Under the pieces are notes generated by a model that was not told where the DNA came from, ran no database searches, and worked only from the letters and a program-made list of their open reading frames with translations. A stretch of 64,000 nt of DNA from Eledone cirrhosa (taxonomy: Eukaryota): contig OZ024740.1 of the NCBI GenBank assembly GCA_964016885.1, forward strand, positions 129,394,001-129,458,000, written 5' to 3'. Position numbers and translations under genes: made by a program. Positions 16,139-30,252 of this stretch are shown one piece after another; the stretch's first letter is position 1; each line of letters starts with the position of its first letter.

Positions 16139-16696
16139 TAGATATATATATAGATATAGATATATATATATTAATAAAAGAAATTCCAACTCTGTCTGAT
16201 TTACTCGTTTTATTTACAATCCTTTAAAATTTATAATGGTATTAGAATGAAATAGTATGGTAGGATATTAAATGCTAAGTGTTAATTGAACAAGTACTTT
16301 CATGCTTTCGCAATCTTCAGGTTCAAATTGTGTGGTGACAGTCAAGTTTGCAATTTTCAACTGAGAGTTGAGAATGTTATTAATATAATCTTCTATACAC
16401 AATCATACACAGCTGTGTATGTTTATCTCTCTCTCTATATATATATATATATACATATATATTGTATATATATATATATATATTTATGTAGGGGGAGTAA
16501 TGTGTGATGTACGTAGTAATGCTATGAGTCTTTATAAATTATGTAATTTCTGGATCTTCTAACTTAAGAAAATCAAATAAAAGATATCTATCGACAATGT
16601 TTGACATCTTCCGATGCAATGTATACAGAATTTGTATTACCTCTAAGGGATTGTAAGTAAAATATATGAATTTTCACTATAACAGGAACAATAGTA

Positions 16697-16770
16697 TTCT
16701 TCTTCTTCTTCTTCTTCTTCTTCTTCTTCTTCTTCTTCTTCTTCTTCTTCTTCTTCTTCTTCTTCTTCTT
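16697..16770. repeat. (CTT)n microsatellite
   Basis: Pure trinucleotide run; it produces the poly-K ORF artefact. Confidence 0.97.
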
Positions 16771-17417
16771 GCCCACCGAGGAGAGGATTAGTGAGTAGAA
16801 CCCTCAAATACTTCTAATGGCTACTGTCAGAGAGAGCCCTCTGTGATTGATCTGACTAGATCTCAAAGAAAGACTAGCCATGAACATGAATTGTATCCAA
16901 ACATCGTGCCCGAGGTCTACACTTGAACCTTCTGCTGCTTGGTTTTAACTGTAAGATCTCCAAAGCGATTCTTTCCCGAGCCATTCGGGATCTCACAATC
17001 CGGAGATTGAGTGAAGAGCTAAGCACTCTATCAAGTAGGCTACTCCAAAGTTCCTTCTTGAATGATGGAATGCAATATCCTAAATTATATTGATAAGAGA
17101 GCTTGGAAGATGAATAAAATATATGATGGTTTCATCTTGGATATCCCTGCATTATTAGCGTCTCTTATCAAACTCTGCATTCGTACGACAAGTCGATTAT
17201 ATTTACTCAAAATGTGATTCGAAATAGTGGAGGCTCTACACCTGCGATTAATCGATTTGATCCATTTTGATGATTGTTAACTACATTATGGTTGACATTT
17301 TGTTGGCATAAATATTTTCCATGAAATTTCACCTATGTTATGCACATATACGCACATAAACATAGACACGAACACACATACATGCATATAGGCATATATA
17401 TATATATATAAATATAT

Positions 17418-17553
17418 AGGCTGTGTGGTTGTGAGTTCGATTCGCGGACGGGGCTATGTGTTGCGTCCTTGAGCAAGACACTTTCTTTCACGTAACTCCT
17501 TGTAAATGGAACATTGTTTCCTCGGTCCGATTTGACGGAAGTCGATCGACAAT
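17418..17553 (+). mobile_element. tRNA-derived SINE, family B (internally deleted)
   Basis: GGCTGTGTGGTT, B-box GAGTTCGATTC, then GTCCTTGAGCAAGACACTT. Confidence 0.65.
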
Positions 17554-17756
17554 TCATTTTTCATATATATATATTATAAAGAGTCGGAAGCCGGGGGGTG
17601 AGCTCTTGCCCTTTCAACTGCTCGTTTCAATCTGATTGCCGAAGTGTCTGGCAGTTGACTGGCCTAATCATCAGTGGGTGTCGTTTAGCCAAATAAGGGC
17701 ATACATTATATATCCTATCCTGAATTCCTTCACATGTTTGTGTTTATATATATATA

Positions 17757-19041
17757 GGGCGGGGAATTTTCCCGAGATACATGCACGAGTTCTCTTCAGA
17801 GGTCTCTTTCCCTCATCATCGCTGCCATGTCATGCGTCTCCAGGAGACTGGTGTCTGTCTTTAGGGCATCAACATATGTCAACCTCGGCCTCCCTCTTCC
17901 AGGGTATCCATGCAGGGGTTCCCTCCGGAGGAGTGAGTGCAGTACTAACTCTGGATGTCGGTAAGCATGTCCAGCTAAGCTCAGCTCTGAGGTCTTCATC
18001 CTCAGTGTATTTTGATTAATGTTCAGAGCCATTCACAGCATTTTCGTGTAGCATCCATCCACCATCTGAGTGAGTTTCTTGGTCAGTGCCCAAGCCTCAG
18101 ACCCGTACAGCAGCCCAGACTCCACTACATCAACGAAATAACGGATTCTCAGGTCTTTACGAATGTCCGTCGTTCACACCGACTTGAAACTGTTTCACGC
18201 CGCCCTGGCGGCCTTGCTCTTTCTCTCGACCACATCATCTTCTGTATTCCCAATCTTCACTCCCGAATAGAGAAAGTACTTACCCAATTCTAGCGGGTTC
18301 CCGCCTACATTAGTAATCTTCTCTGGCTTCTTAATACTCTCTACCAAGTACTTCGTTTTAATCTCATTCATTCTCAGCCCCACACTCTCCAACTCCTACA
18401 TCAACTCCTCTACTTTCTTCACTGTGTTTGTCACCAGAACCATGTCGTCAGTGAATTCATCATCCGATAGCTTTTTCTCTTTAAATCTCCTGCTCAGAGA
18501 CAGTGTTACAGTAAAGCATAGTCCTGGTGTTTCTCCAGCACAAGGTGCATATAATAGTCCACTGCGATGAGAAAAATGTAGGGAACCAATGTATTTCCCT
18601 GGGGCACTCCAGCCAGTATCTCAGAGAACTCCGTCATCCCATCAGGTGTAAAGATTTGGGGTTTGGTGTTGGTGTGGAGAAGTGATATCAGGTCCACTAC
18701 CCTCTTGGGGATTTCATAACCCTGTAAGATCTTCATCAGGCAGTGACGGTCCACAGAATCAAAGGCCTTCCTTATGTCGATGAAACCCATGACAGCAGGA
18801 GGGCTCTTTGTTCTAGCTCCCACAAATATCCTCCTCAGCATCATGATGTGACTGTTGGTTGATCTTCCTTCTCTGAAGCCGTTCTGGTTATCCCTGTTCT
18901 TCTTCTCCATATCGGACTGGATCCTGTTAAGAATAATCTTGTTGAGGGCCTTTGCCCCAAGTGATATCAGTGAGATCCTCCTGTAGTAGTTGGCGTTAGA
19001 GAGATCTTCCTACTTTGGCACTGGGATGATGCTACTGACCC

Positions 19042-19045
<4 letters not shown>
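17757..19045 (-). mobile_element. RTE-clade LINE, 5'-truncated RT pseudogene
   Basis: RT motifs NQNGFREGRST, FIDIRKAFDSV, GVPQGNTLVPYIF and EFTDDMVL, then KIGNTEDDVVERKS, with stops and frameshifts. TA tracts at both ends. Confidence 0.92.
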
Positions 19046-19130
<85 letters not shown>

Positions 19131-19179
19131 TATAGATATATGTATGTATATGTATGTATGTATGTATATATGGTTAGGA

Positions 19180-20630
19180 ATTGTTGGGTTTGTAGCTGTC
19201 TGGCTAGGTGAGTGTTTATATGCATGTGTGCGTCTTTGTGCGCATCCAAGTGTATCTGCCTGGTCAACTTTATATACAATAACCGTGGCCAGTGGTTAGA
19301 ATTATATTTATAACAAAATCTTTTTTTCAGCCCACAATTTCTTTGGTAAGAAGAGCATCAGCTCCCGCCAAAATATATATTTTCTACAACCCAGCTTGAC
19401 ATCCCACTACAAATATATATGTTAGTCAACCCAGATAGTCTCAAATCCTTTATTAAGAAAAGCTTGGCTTCCCTCTACATAAAGTCAAATCTTTGCAGGA
19501 GACACATGCGAAGGGTTGCAACATCATTTCCCCCCCTTCGTATTTTAGATCAAAATGAACCTCTCAACCCACGCGTTCCAAGAAACATAAACCAGGCTTC
19601 GATTGCAAATCTACCATCCGGGTTATAAAACGTCGAAGTCAGTTATAGGAAGGAGAATTAAAATGATCCTGGATAAAATTATACTCAAAGATAAGCAATA
19701 TGCGAGGCTTAGTCATGGCGGAGTACACAAGAAACCGTCTTCTGGTTCCAAAGCATCACCGATAAAGAGAAAATCACGTTTATCCAGTTCGACATCGATA
19801 ATTATTACGTCTCGATAACAAAACCACACTTGGAGGCCGCAATTGATTACACCCAAAATATTACAAACATTAATGATGAAAATAACCGGTAAATTATCCG
19901 AACTATGAAGACCTTCTTGCTTTTTGAAAAATCCACCTGGATAAAAAGGACCCCAGACTTACCCTTCGACGGAGGTTACAGACCTGATAGGCCTGTACAT
20001 ACTCAAGAAACTAATATAATGGTTTCCTGATCTCGGAGTGGACATGTACAGAGATGATGGGTTATTCAAATAATATCCAATACTCAACTTTGTCAACCTT
20101 GTTACATTAACATCTATCGTTGTCTTTTCAAGTGCATGTTTGCGTTGATGAACTGGATCGCTTTTCCTTGTTTTCGCACTTTGGCAATCACTGAACATGG
20201 ATACATCTTTGATTAAGGAAATCATCTACTAGGTCTGAAACCAATGTTATAGACCTGTTATCTGAAAGTCACGTTAGCCATGTGTATGTGTGGGGCAGAC
20301 ATCCACAGAGACACACACTAATATATATGTTTCTATAAATATAATTTCACCCCCTCCCAACGACAATTCTTTCTCAAGTGGACCAGACAGATACACTCGG
20401 ATGCGCAAAACGATGCGCACAAACATATAAACACTCACTTAGCGAGGTATCTACACACACAACCACGGCTTAAAATAACATTAATTTGAAGTGAATTTAG
20501 AATTGGATAAATAATTGTACTTTATTTGGATGAACCACATCCACTGATGATAACTCCAGTAACCGCCAAGCCTCCTCGGAAATCATTCTGGAAGTAGCCT
20601 GTTGAAACGGCAAATGTCACGACTTTATAT
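19180..20630. mobile_element. Highly degenerate PLE-like remnant with inverted terminal repeats
   Basis: 19180-19270 is the reverse complement of 20376-20465. The interior reads as decayed coding sequence on the minus strand. An HHR-like CTGATGA...GAAAC is at 20544-20622. Confidence 0.45.
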
Positions 20631-20714
20631 CATATATATATATCCTCCCCTATTCCAAGAAATTTCTACTGTTATGAATAATGTCAAACCAGTTTCAAAC
20701 TGAATCCATCCTGA

Positions 20715-20769
<55 letters not shown>

Positions 20770-21052
20770 TTCTGTGTTGGTGTTGATGAATATGATGATA
20801 ATGTTGATGCATTTTATCTAAATAGAATATGTTTTATAGCAAACAAAATAATTGAATAGACATATTATCTGAATTCACCTATAGAGTAAAAGAGATGTTC
20901 AACACAAATCTACTTATAATTTTTATTTCAAATATTGCATAGCTATTATTTACGGCCACATCCATACAATCATACATGCTCTCAGAGTAATACAAACACT
21001 TACACACACACGCACATACACACATATACACAATCACACAGTCATATATATG

Positions 21053-21089
<37 letters not shown>

Positions 21090-21329
21090 ATGCTGGGTTC
21101 AATAGGGGGTAACCACTGTAAGTAATGTACTCAATACATAGCAGAGTAAAAATATTTAATATAGAAATGGGTTCAACGGGATTAGAACTTTTACATTCCA
21201 AGGGAATCATCAGGAAAGCCGAGGAATCATCAGGGCTCTCCTGATGATTTCCTTCGAATGAAACAGTTCTAGTCCTGTAGAAGCCATTTTCCGTCTGTCC
21301 TATCGTTTCTGCGTGCAACTGCCACAAGG

Positions 21330-23330
21330 AGATCTTTCCGAATACTTACATACCATCCTCACCTCGTTAGTCGTCAAACTTCCCTCCCACAACCACGATA
21401 CCAATCATGCCCTTAGACTCTTTAACTCCTTCTCCCTGCCTCCTGGCCCCGCTGGGCTTTTGTTAACCTGGTGTTCACCGCCATCTATACCGACATCTTT
21501 CATGATGACGGTCTCCGCGCTCTCCGACACTTTTTAGACTTACGCCCTACTTCTTACCTCAGCACTACCACTCTTCTCCGTCTTGCCGAGTTTGCTTTGA
21601 TACTCAACTCAATGGCTTTTCCTTTTCCGGTGAATTCTACCAGCAGGTCTCTGGTGTGGCGATGGGAACCGGAATGGGACCAAATTATGCCAAATTGCTT
21701 GTTGGCTACGTCGAAGCCCAGATCTTCGCCCAGAACGCTGATCTACTCCTGAGCTATACGGTCGTTATATCGACGACTATATCGGCACCAACTCTCTATC
21801 ACGGAAACAGCTCGATTGGTTTCTATCTTTTGTCCAATCTATCCATGCCGCTAGCAACTTCACCACATCCATCTCCAATTCTACTGTCTCTTTCTCGATA
21901 TCTCTCTATCTACCAATCACTATCACCACACCCTATAAACCAACCGAGTCCCACTCTTAGCTCAACCTCACCTCCTCCGATCCACACAACTCCAAACACT
22001 CCATACCCTATTCCCAATTCCCCCGTCTTCTTCAGCTCTGTAGCCAGGACGACGATTTCGAAACCCATTCCCTTCAGATGACTCCCGCTTGATCCAGCGT
22101 GGATATTCACCCACCCTGATCCAGCTGGCTCTCAACAGCGCCCGTGAAACCGGCCGTACCACATCACCCTCACCTCACCACTTTACAACTCCGGGGACAT
22201 ATCCTCAGTTCCTTCCACCCCCTCTCTACTGACCCCGTCACTTCTCGTTTTTTTCCTAACCCACCTATTACCGCATTTAAGCGCACTGGTAGCAACCACG
22301 AGGTCATGGCACGCAGTTCCTTCTCGTCCTCTGCAACGACTCCACCCAGCTGTCATCCTTGTTCTCCTCCCCGCTGCAACACTTGTCTTTTCAATTCCAC
22401 CCTCACCACTCTCCTAGGTCCTAATGGGTCATTGCGTATCCGCCACTCCTTCACCTGCACCTACACCCACGTGGTGTCTGCTCTCGAGTGTTCTCTTTGC
22501 GGGTCCTTATACATCAGACAAACGGGGCGCCGTATGGCTGAGCGTTTTGCTGAGCATTTCAGGGACAAACGACTCGGTTTGGATACTCCCGTCGCCCATC
22601 ATTTCCGTTCTGCAAGTCACTCTTCCATAAATGTCTCAATCCTTGATGACCTTTTACATTACGGATCACAGGCCTGGCGCACCAGGACTGAACAGAGTCT
22701 GATGTACCGCCTTGTCTCTTGTTTCCCCCATGGACTCAACTTTCCGCCCCAATTCCTTTAATATCCCGTCCGATATCACACATACGAATCCTATGGGTCC
22801 CTTATGGCCAGACAAATATACTCTTACAACTAATACAGATCAACAACATATGCACACTCCACTTTTCCTTACACAGATCTGTATATATATACACACACAC
22901 ACACCCTTATATTAACATAGCTTCGTACTTACAAGTACACACACACACTCTTTTTATTTACATATAAACTCACATATTTCCTTAGCTTCGTACGGACGTA
23001 TAACAACACACACACGCGCTCTTTATACAAAAGTTTTCTTTTCCATTTCTGGTAGACGCGCTCCATCATCGACGTTTGTAAAAAAATATATCATACACAA
23101 AATGCCAGCATAAACAATTTTCCAAGACATGTCAACATGAATGGACTTGTTATTTTTATCAACATACATTCCCATACCCCCACACTCACACACACCCGTC
23201 GCTTCAATCTATTTTATTTCTCACTCTTTTTTCTGAAGAAGGACTAGCGTCCCAAGACCCCGTTCCTGCTATTTCAAGCGTTAACCTAATATATTCCTTC
23301 CATACACTGTACCGAATGTGTTGTTATTTC
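21330..23330 (+). mobile_element. Penelope-like element (Neptune-type), frameshifted RT plus GIY-YIG and 3' pLTR region
   Basis: GVAMGTGMGPNYAKL, RYIDD, a Cys-rich linker (CHPCSPPRCNTC) and HVVSALECSLCGSLYIRQTGRRMAERFAEH...PHGLN. Stop at 22761. Degenerate CTGAAGA-AGGAC/GTCC at 23233. Confidence 0.85.
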
Positions 23331-23388
23331 TTTTTACCACACACACATACACACACATACACGCAGTGACACACACACACGCGTACAT

Positions 23389-23432
<44 letters not shown>

Positions 23433-23437
23433 ACACA

Positions 23438-23501
<64 letters not shown>

Positions 23502-23548
23502 TATAAATATATATATATGCAGAACTTATATTTAATTTGTTGATATTA

Positions 23549-23735
23549 GGTTGATTGGCAGTACCGGTAGAGGGGCGGAAGCCATGCTTTGACGAATACA
23601 GTTACGGCCCTTTCCAATCTGAGTTCAAATCCCGCCGATGTTAACTCTGGCTTTTATCCTTTCCAGGTCGATAAAATAAAGTACCAGTAATGCACTGGGT
23701 AATTTCTGGTCGAACCAGAAAGTAGAAACAATTAT
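23549..23735 (+). mobile_element. tRNA-derived SINE, family A
   Basis: GATTGGCAGTACCGGTAGAG...GAGTTCAAATCCCGCC...GTCGATAAAATAAAGTACCAGT. Confidence 0.85.
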
Positions 23736-23748
23736 TATCAACTTAATA

Positions 23749-23781
<33 letters not shown>

Positions 23782-24970
23782 ATAATAAGTTGTTAATAAT
23801 GATATATAAAAGATAATAAACTGTTACCCCAACAAATTGCATGCTATAGGTCATTACAGTTTAGTGGCTTGTTTTTTCTTTCTGTTTTTTTTTAATAATA
23901 GCCAAATTTACTTCAGAATATTGCCCAGATACAGTGTTCACATTAATTCGAGTGTAACAAAAAATATAAAATTATGCGATAGAGCAGAAGGAATGGTATC
24001 CACTTTAAGACGTTTATTTATATATTTACTTGTCGTTGATATTCAGTAGAGAAATAGATGAGCTTGCTTGATAGTCATGCAAAAGATTTAAACAAATTAT
24101 GTCATGCTGTTCGGAGGAATGTAAATTTGATTATATCAACCACGGTGCCTTTGGTGCCGATATTTTCTTTATAAAAAAACGCAACTCTCTTTACAATTTA
24201 CGTTTGTTACATTTGTATGTGTCCATACACAACATTACTGAGAATTTAAAAGCAAATGCAATGAAGGCGTAAGTATAAGACCATAGTAAACTTTACTAAA
24301 TACGAAGAAGTTTAGTGCGTATACTGAAATCAATGGAATAAACCTGAGCCCAAAGGTGTCTAAAATAATTGTTGAAGTATTAGGTAGTCAACACTGCATT
24401 AAAATTGATTAAGGCCTGTTTTTAATTTTAAATCGATTATAAAAGGATTGTGTAAAACATTCGGAAAAACCAGGAAAAAGTAAGTATATAAATGCCATAT
24501 GAGCCGTGAGATTCGTCAAGCTCTCTTCCTCAACTTCAAAATCAGACGAAACTCCACACTGGGTTTTCCAGTTAGTGTACGTATCGCCTTAAAACAAGAA
24601 AAAAACAAGACATCATATATTTTCAGAGAATTTAACGTAATTTATTTCCTTTATCGTTCTTACAACAATACTTGTAAGGCAATATTAGTTTCACAATATT
24701 TTTGTAATCATTTCCTGGTTTCCACGAAATATATTGTAGCAAATTTCAAATAGGAACAAAAACGTAGATTAAAGATAAAAATAGAATAAATAATAGTTCT
24801 GAAAACCAAATAATATATCAATTACTGAGAGGAAAAACATCATTATAAATTACAATGCAATTATATTTTTTGTATATTTATTTAGCCACAATATTTCTTC
24901 ACGTGTACTTTCACTGAAACATTCTCACACATAGAAACCGAGTGACAAACACATTTATATAGACATACAC

Positions 24971-25055
<85 letters not shown>

Positions 25056-26051
25056 GACAGAATGAGAGTGAGAGAAGGAGAGAGAAACAGGTTACATAAA
25101 CAATTGTGTGTAAGGTACACTTTATCCTTATTTTGGTACACGCAGATTATCTATGTATATACATACATACAAACACACACATGCACATCATACGCGTAAA
25201 AAAAAAATATATATATATATATATACATATATGGGTGGGGCGTATATTTGCATGTGTGCATATACATTATGCAGATACGCACACATTCTTTATATATACA
25301 TATATGCATATATATATATATATATACATATATGCATATATATATATATATTTTTTTTTTTTTTTGTTTAATAAACATAAAGTGTGTATAACATAAAATT
25401 TCCTTTAATATATTAACAATTTAACATTTTATAAGATTCCTATATCTTAAATTAAATTAAAGAATCCTTTATATTTTTTATGTATATGTTATATACGTAG
25501 TTAGATATGTATATGTATTTTTATAAGTGTGTATATATATTTATATGTACGTATTTTTTGCGTGTGTATACGTGTTATGTAATATATAGATCTTTAATAA
25601 TATATGGATTTCTTAATATATAGATCCTAAATGTTAATATATTGATCTCAATATTTAACTGATTAACTAAACATCTTATCATATTTAAACAATGGTTAAA
25701 TTTCTCATATTATATATGTATATTCCATTCACGATTATTAACATTTCTAATTTTTATTTATTCATTTCATCTCAATTGTTAAGTTAACTCAACAAGATAT
25801 GACTTAGAGTTTTTCGTCTCTCTCATGCGTTCCGTCTCCTCTCTGTCTCCATATTTATCTCTCTGTTCATTCTGCTCTCTCTCTCTCTTTCCTTCTCTAT
25901 CTTTCTATTTCTCCGTAACCCAACCGCTTATTTAAAAAATATCCAATACTAATAATTAACGCTATAACTCCAGTATCCGGGAGCTTCCAACAGTAATGGT
26001 TGCATTCTTTAAGGGTATCTCAATATTTATTTATAAAGCTGATCTATATTA

Positions 26052-26116
26052 TATTTTATCTGATGAAAGCACACCATAATTTAACTTGGTGTCCTTGAAA
26101 TATGTATAATGAAATA
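26052..26116 (+). ncRNA. Minimal type I hammerhead ribozyme in the 5' pLTR
   Basis: TATTTTAT-CTGATGA-AAGCACACCA/TGGTGTCCTT-GAAA-TATGTA-TA-ATGAAATA. Stem I is 8 bp and the triplet is AUA. Confidence 0.8.
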
Positions 26117-26293
26117 AATATAGTTTTATAAATATAGTTTCCATTTTTTAATATCGTATTTTTACTCCAAATATTTGTTGATTGCTTTGCATCAGTTATA
26201 AAATATTTGCTTGTTGTATCCCAACAAATTAAATAGAACTCTTACATATATTCTACTCCTGTATTGTCGAGCGCTTTATATTATAACTGGAAA

Positions 26294-28483
26294 ATGGAAT
26301 TCTTTAAGATCTCTTCTTCTCTAAATGACATACCTTTACCTAGGAATAAAGATTTTTTAAACAATTAATAAAAAAACCAGGCTCTTTTATAAGAAGATTC
26401 AGGTGGCTTGCTTTCCACTTCGATAAATCTAATCTAAATGAAAATGTCTCCAATCTGGATAAAATCTACAAATCTGAAAAAATCCACCACCCCTCAACAA
26501 ACTACTAATGGATATTGAAAATGATATCATATCTATCATCCAAAGCATCACATTCAAAACCAACTTCAAAGGCCAGGATTACTTAAGAAATATTAAAAAT
26601 AATATTGAAAACTTGTAGAAAACGGAGAAAATTCTAGTCAACTCTGACAAAACCAATAATCTTTACGGAATACAAAAGGACACTTATAACGATATTATAT
26701 TAAATGAATTAAGGAAGAAATACAAAGTAGCAAATAAAGATGACCTTGAAAAATTGAATACAGATGCCTCTTATATAATGCATGAACTAAGCAACCCTTC
26801 ATGCCAAGGAAACCTAAGATTAATATGAAGGATCATAAAAGGAACTTCGAAACTCATTTACCAGTCAGATTAATTGCACCATCTAAATCGGACCTTGTCA
26901 GACTTAGCAAAAATATTCTAGACAGAATAATACCACAAATTAAAAATTCATCTTATTTAAAATTATGGAAAGGAACTAGTGAAGTTATCGATTGGTTTAA
27001 AGAAATTAAATATAATTATAATAATAAGTTTATTCAGTTGGATATTGCTAACAATTACTCATCTATCACTCCTAATCTACTGAATAAAGCACTAACTTAC
27101 GCATTTAAGCATACAGACCTAACTAGCAATGAAATGCACATTATATTATCGGCACGGAAAACAGTAATAGAATTTAATAACCAACGACTAGGGCAGATAA
27201 AAATAATAATCTTTATATAACCATGGGAACATCCGATTCCGCTCAGGTAACGGAACTTGTGGGCCTCTTTATAATTAATTCTTGACATAGGAAAATACTG
27301 AGATAACCGGAGGTTTATATCGTGACGACATGCTTTTACTTATAGAAAATAATAACTGTGAACTAAATAGAAAAAGAAAACAAATTATACAATTGTTTAA
27401 TTACCTTAATCTAAAAGTAGAAATAGAGAATAACCATCAAATAGTTAACTTTCTAGATGCAACACTAAATCTTAACACATGTCTTCATTATCCATTTCGC
27501 AAACTAAATGAGAACTTAAACTACGTCAATTTTAACTCTAATCACCCCAGATCCGTTAAAAATACTATAGTGAACTCTGTACAGGAACGAATTTCGAGAA
27601 TTTCAGCTAATAAGAATATATTAGATGAAAAAGCACATTATTACAACGAAGCGTTAGATAGAGCTGGGTATAGAAATAAAATTAAATACATTGATAATAA
27701 TTAAAATACAACAACTAACCATAATCGTAACAATTTTAACTATGGTAACAATTTTAACAACTATAATAGAAAACCTTATATTAATTCAGAAAGCGGAAAA
27801 AGAAATATATCTAGGAACATATTATTGTTCGCTCCTCCTTTCTCATTAAATATTAAAACCCCTATTGCTAAACCATTTTTTAAAGCTCTGGAAAAATGCT
27901 TCCCTAGAAAATATAGATATTACTCAATTTTTAATAGACATGCTATAAAATTAACTTAAAATTTAGCGCAAAATATTAATAGAATTAATAATAAAGAAAT
28001 ATAAAACCTAACCAAAATACCACTAATAACCCAAGCAGTATCCAATTTGATAAATGTAACTGCAGAAATAAATCTAACTGTCCGTTAAATAACAATTGCT
28101 TAGCTAAAAATATAGTATATGATTGTAATATAAAAACTAAATTAAATTCATTTAATATTGTGAGATCCACTTCCACAGAGATTAAATCCCGCTTCAATAA
28201 CCATACGAATTATTTTGCAGATCCAAACAAAAAATATTCAACTTCTCTATCTAGCCTATTATGGGATCTCAAACTAAAGAACGTTGTGTATTCGTTGATT
28301 TGGAATATTATTTCGAAAGCTACTCCTTTTAACTCTTCTTCAGAAAAGTGTGATCTTTGTATAGAGGAAATATTCTTTATATTAAAGACCAAAAATTGCC
28401 TGAACTTAAGGAATAATTTATTCAGTTGCTGTAGACATAGATTAAACTCAACGTTTAAATATAAATATAATTTTAAAATGTAA
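26294..28483 (+). pseudogene. PLE reverse transcriptase / GIY-YIG endonuclease ORF, multiply frameshifted
   Basis: N-terminal DIPLP..FIRRFRW, then PVRLIAPSKS, LDIANNYSSI, MGTSDSAQVTELVG, LYRDD, VNFLD, SNHP, CNCRNKSNCPLNNNC, IVY, KSRFNNH, CDLC and C-terminal SCCRH. Confidence 0.88.
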
Positions 28484-28720
28484 AACTATATAATTAATTA
28501 ATTAATTTAATTGATATATTGAACCTGTCGATAAATCATTAGATTCCTTCATCCTTTTTTGAATGATTATACACTCAAATAAAAATAACATTTCTTCCTA
28601 AATATAAATAAATATAATATAATTAAACTATTCTATATAAATATACTGAGAGCTCTTGAGGGGAGAAAATATTTCTTATATTTTTTATTTTTTATTTTTT
28701 ATTTATTTATTTTTTATTAT

Positions 28721-28886
28721 TTGATTGGCAGTATCAGTAGAGAGTCGGACGCCATGCCTTCCAGCATAGTTACGTCCTTTTACGATCTGAGTTCAAATCC
28801 CGCCGAGGTTGACTTTGCCTTTCATCCTTACCGGGTCGATAAAATAAAGTACCAGTAATGCACTGGATAATTGCTGGACTTGTGCC
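28721..28886 (+). mobile_element. tRNA-derived SINE, family A, inserted in the PLE 3' region
   Basis: Same head, B-box and body as the other family A copies. Confidence 0.88.
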
Positions 28887-30187
28887 TAAATTAGAGACAA
28901 TTATTTGATAGCTTCTCCTATTTTCGAAAGTGTATCCTTTCAAAGTGTCTGTTTATTTTTCTTATGGATATAAAATTAAGTTAAATATACGTAGAACATT
29001 TTCTATACTTAATATATTAAACATACTATTATTTTGAAATTATAACTTAAAATATTCAAAATTTCTTTATTTAAAGTTATATTGATTTTAAAGTTATATT
29101 GCTTATAATTATATTTCCAAATCGTAATATAGTTCTTTTGTATTTTATGTACTCAATTATACTATGTAATGTATTTATATGTACTTCTATCTATATGTGT
29201 GTACATATGTATATGTGTGTATTGACATGCATGTACATATGTTTTATGTGTGTATTGACATGCATGTACATATGTTTTATGTGTGTATGTCTATCTGTAT
29301 GTTTATATAAACGTGATGCGTATCTACCTATTTGTGAGGGTACATATCTGTATGTATATTTGGGAATTGTGTATGTACATGTGCGTGTTTATCCATATAA
29401 TTCGATCGCACTCATGTATAGTGATTATCCCAAGATTCGTGACAAAAAAACATATAATACCTGCCATAAATACATAACAGGTAATCTTATAAAACTTATA
29501 TAAATTGTGTTTAATAACATAAAGTGTGTATAACATAAAATTTCCTTTAATATCTTAACAATTTAACATTTTATAAGATTCCTATATCTTAAATTAAATT
29601 AAAGAATCCTTTATATTTTGTATGTATATGTTATATACGTAGTTAATATGTATATGTATTTTTTTAAATGTGTATATATATTTATATGTACGTATTTTTT
29701 GCGTGTGTATACGTGTTATGTAATATATAGATCTTTAATAATATATGGATTTCTTAATATATAGATCCCAATTTTTTATATATTGATCTCAATATTTAAC
29801 TGATTAACTAAACATTTTATCATATTTAAACAATGGTTACATTTTTCATCTTATGTATGTATATTCCATTCATGATTATTAACATTTCTAATTTTTATTT
29901 ATTCATTTCATCTCAATTGTTAAGTTAACTCAACAAGATATGAGTTTTTCGTTCTCTCTCATTTTGTCCATCTCCTCTCCCTCTCCATATTTCTCTCTCT
30001 GTTTATTCTGCTCTCTCTCTCTCTTTCCTTCTCTATCTTTCTATTTCTCTGTAACCCAACGGCTTATTTTAAAAATATCCAATACTAATAATTAACGCTA
30101 TAACTCCAGTATCCGGGAGCTTCCAACAATAATGGTTGCATTCTTTAAGGGTATGTCAATATTTATTTATAAAACTGATCTATATTA

Positions 30188-30252
30188 TATTTTATCTGAT
30201 GAAAGCACACCATAATTTAACTTGGTGTCCTTGAAATATGTATAATGAAATA
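30188..30252 (+). ncRNA. Minimal type I hammerhead ribozyme in the 3' pLTR
   Basis: Same core and stems as 26052-26116. Confidence 0.8.
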
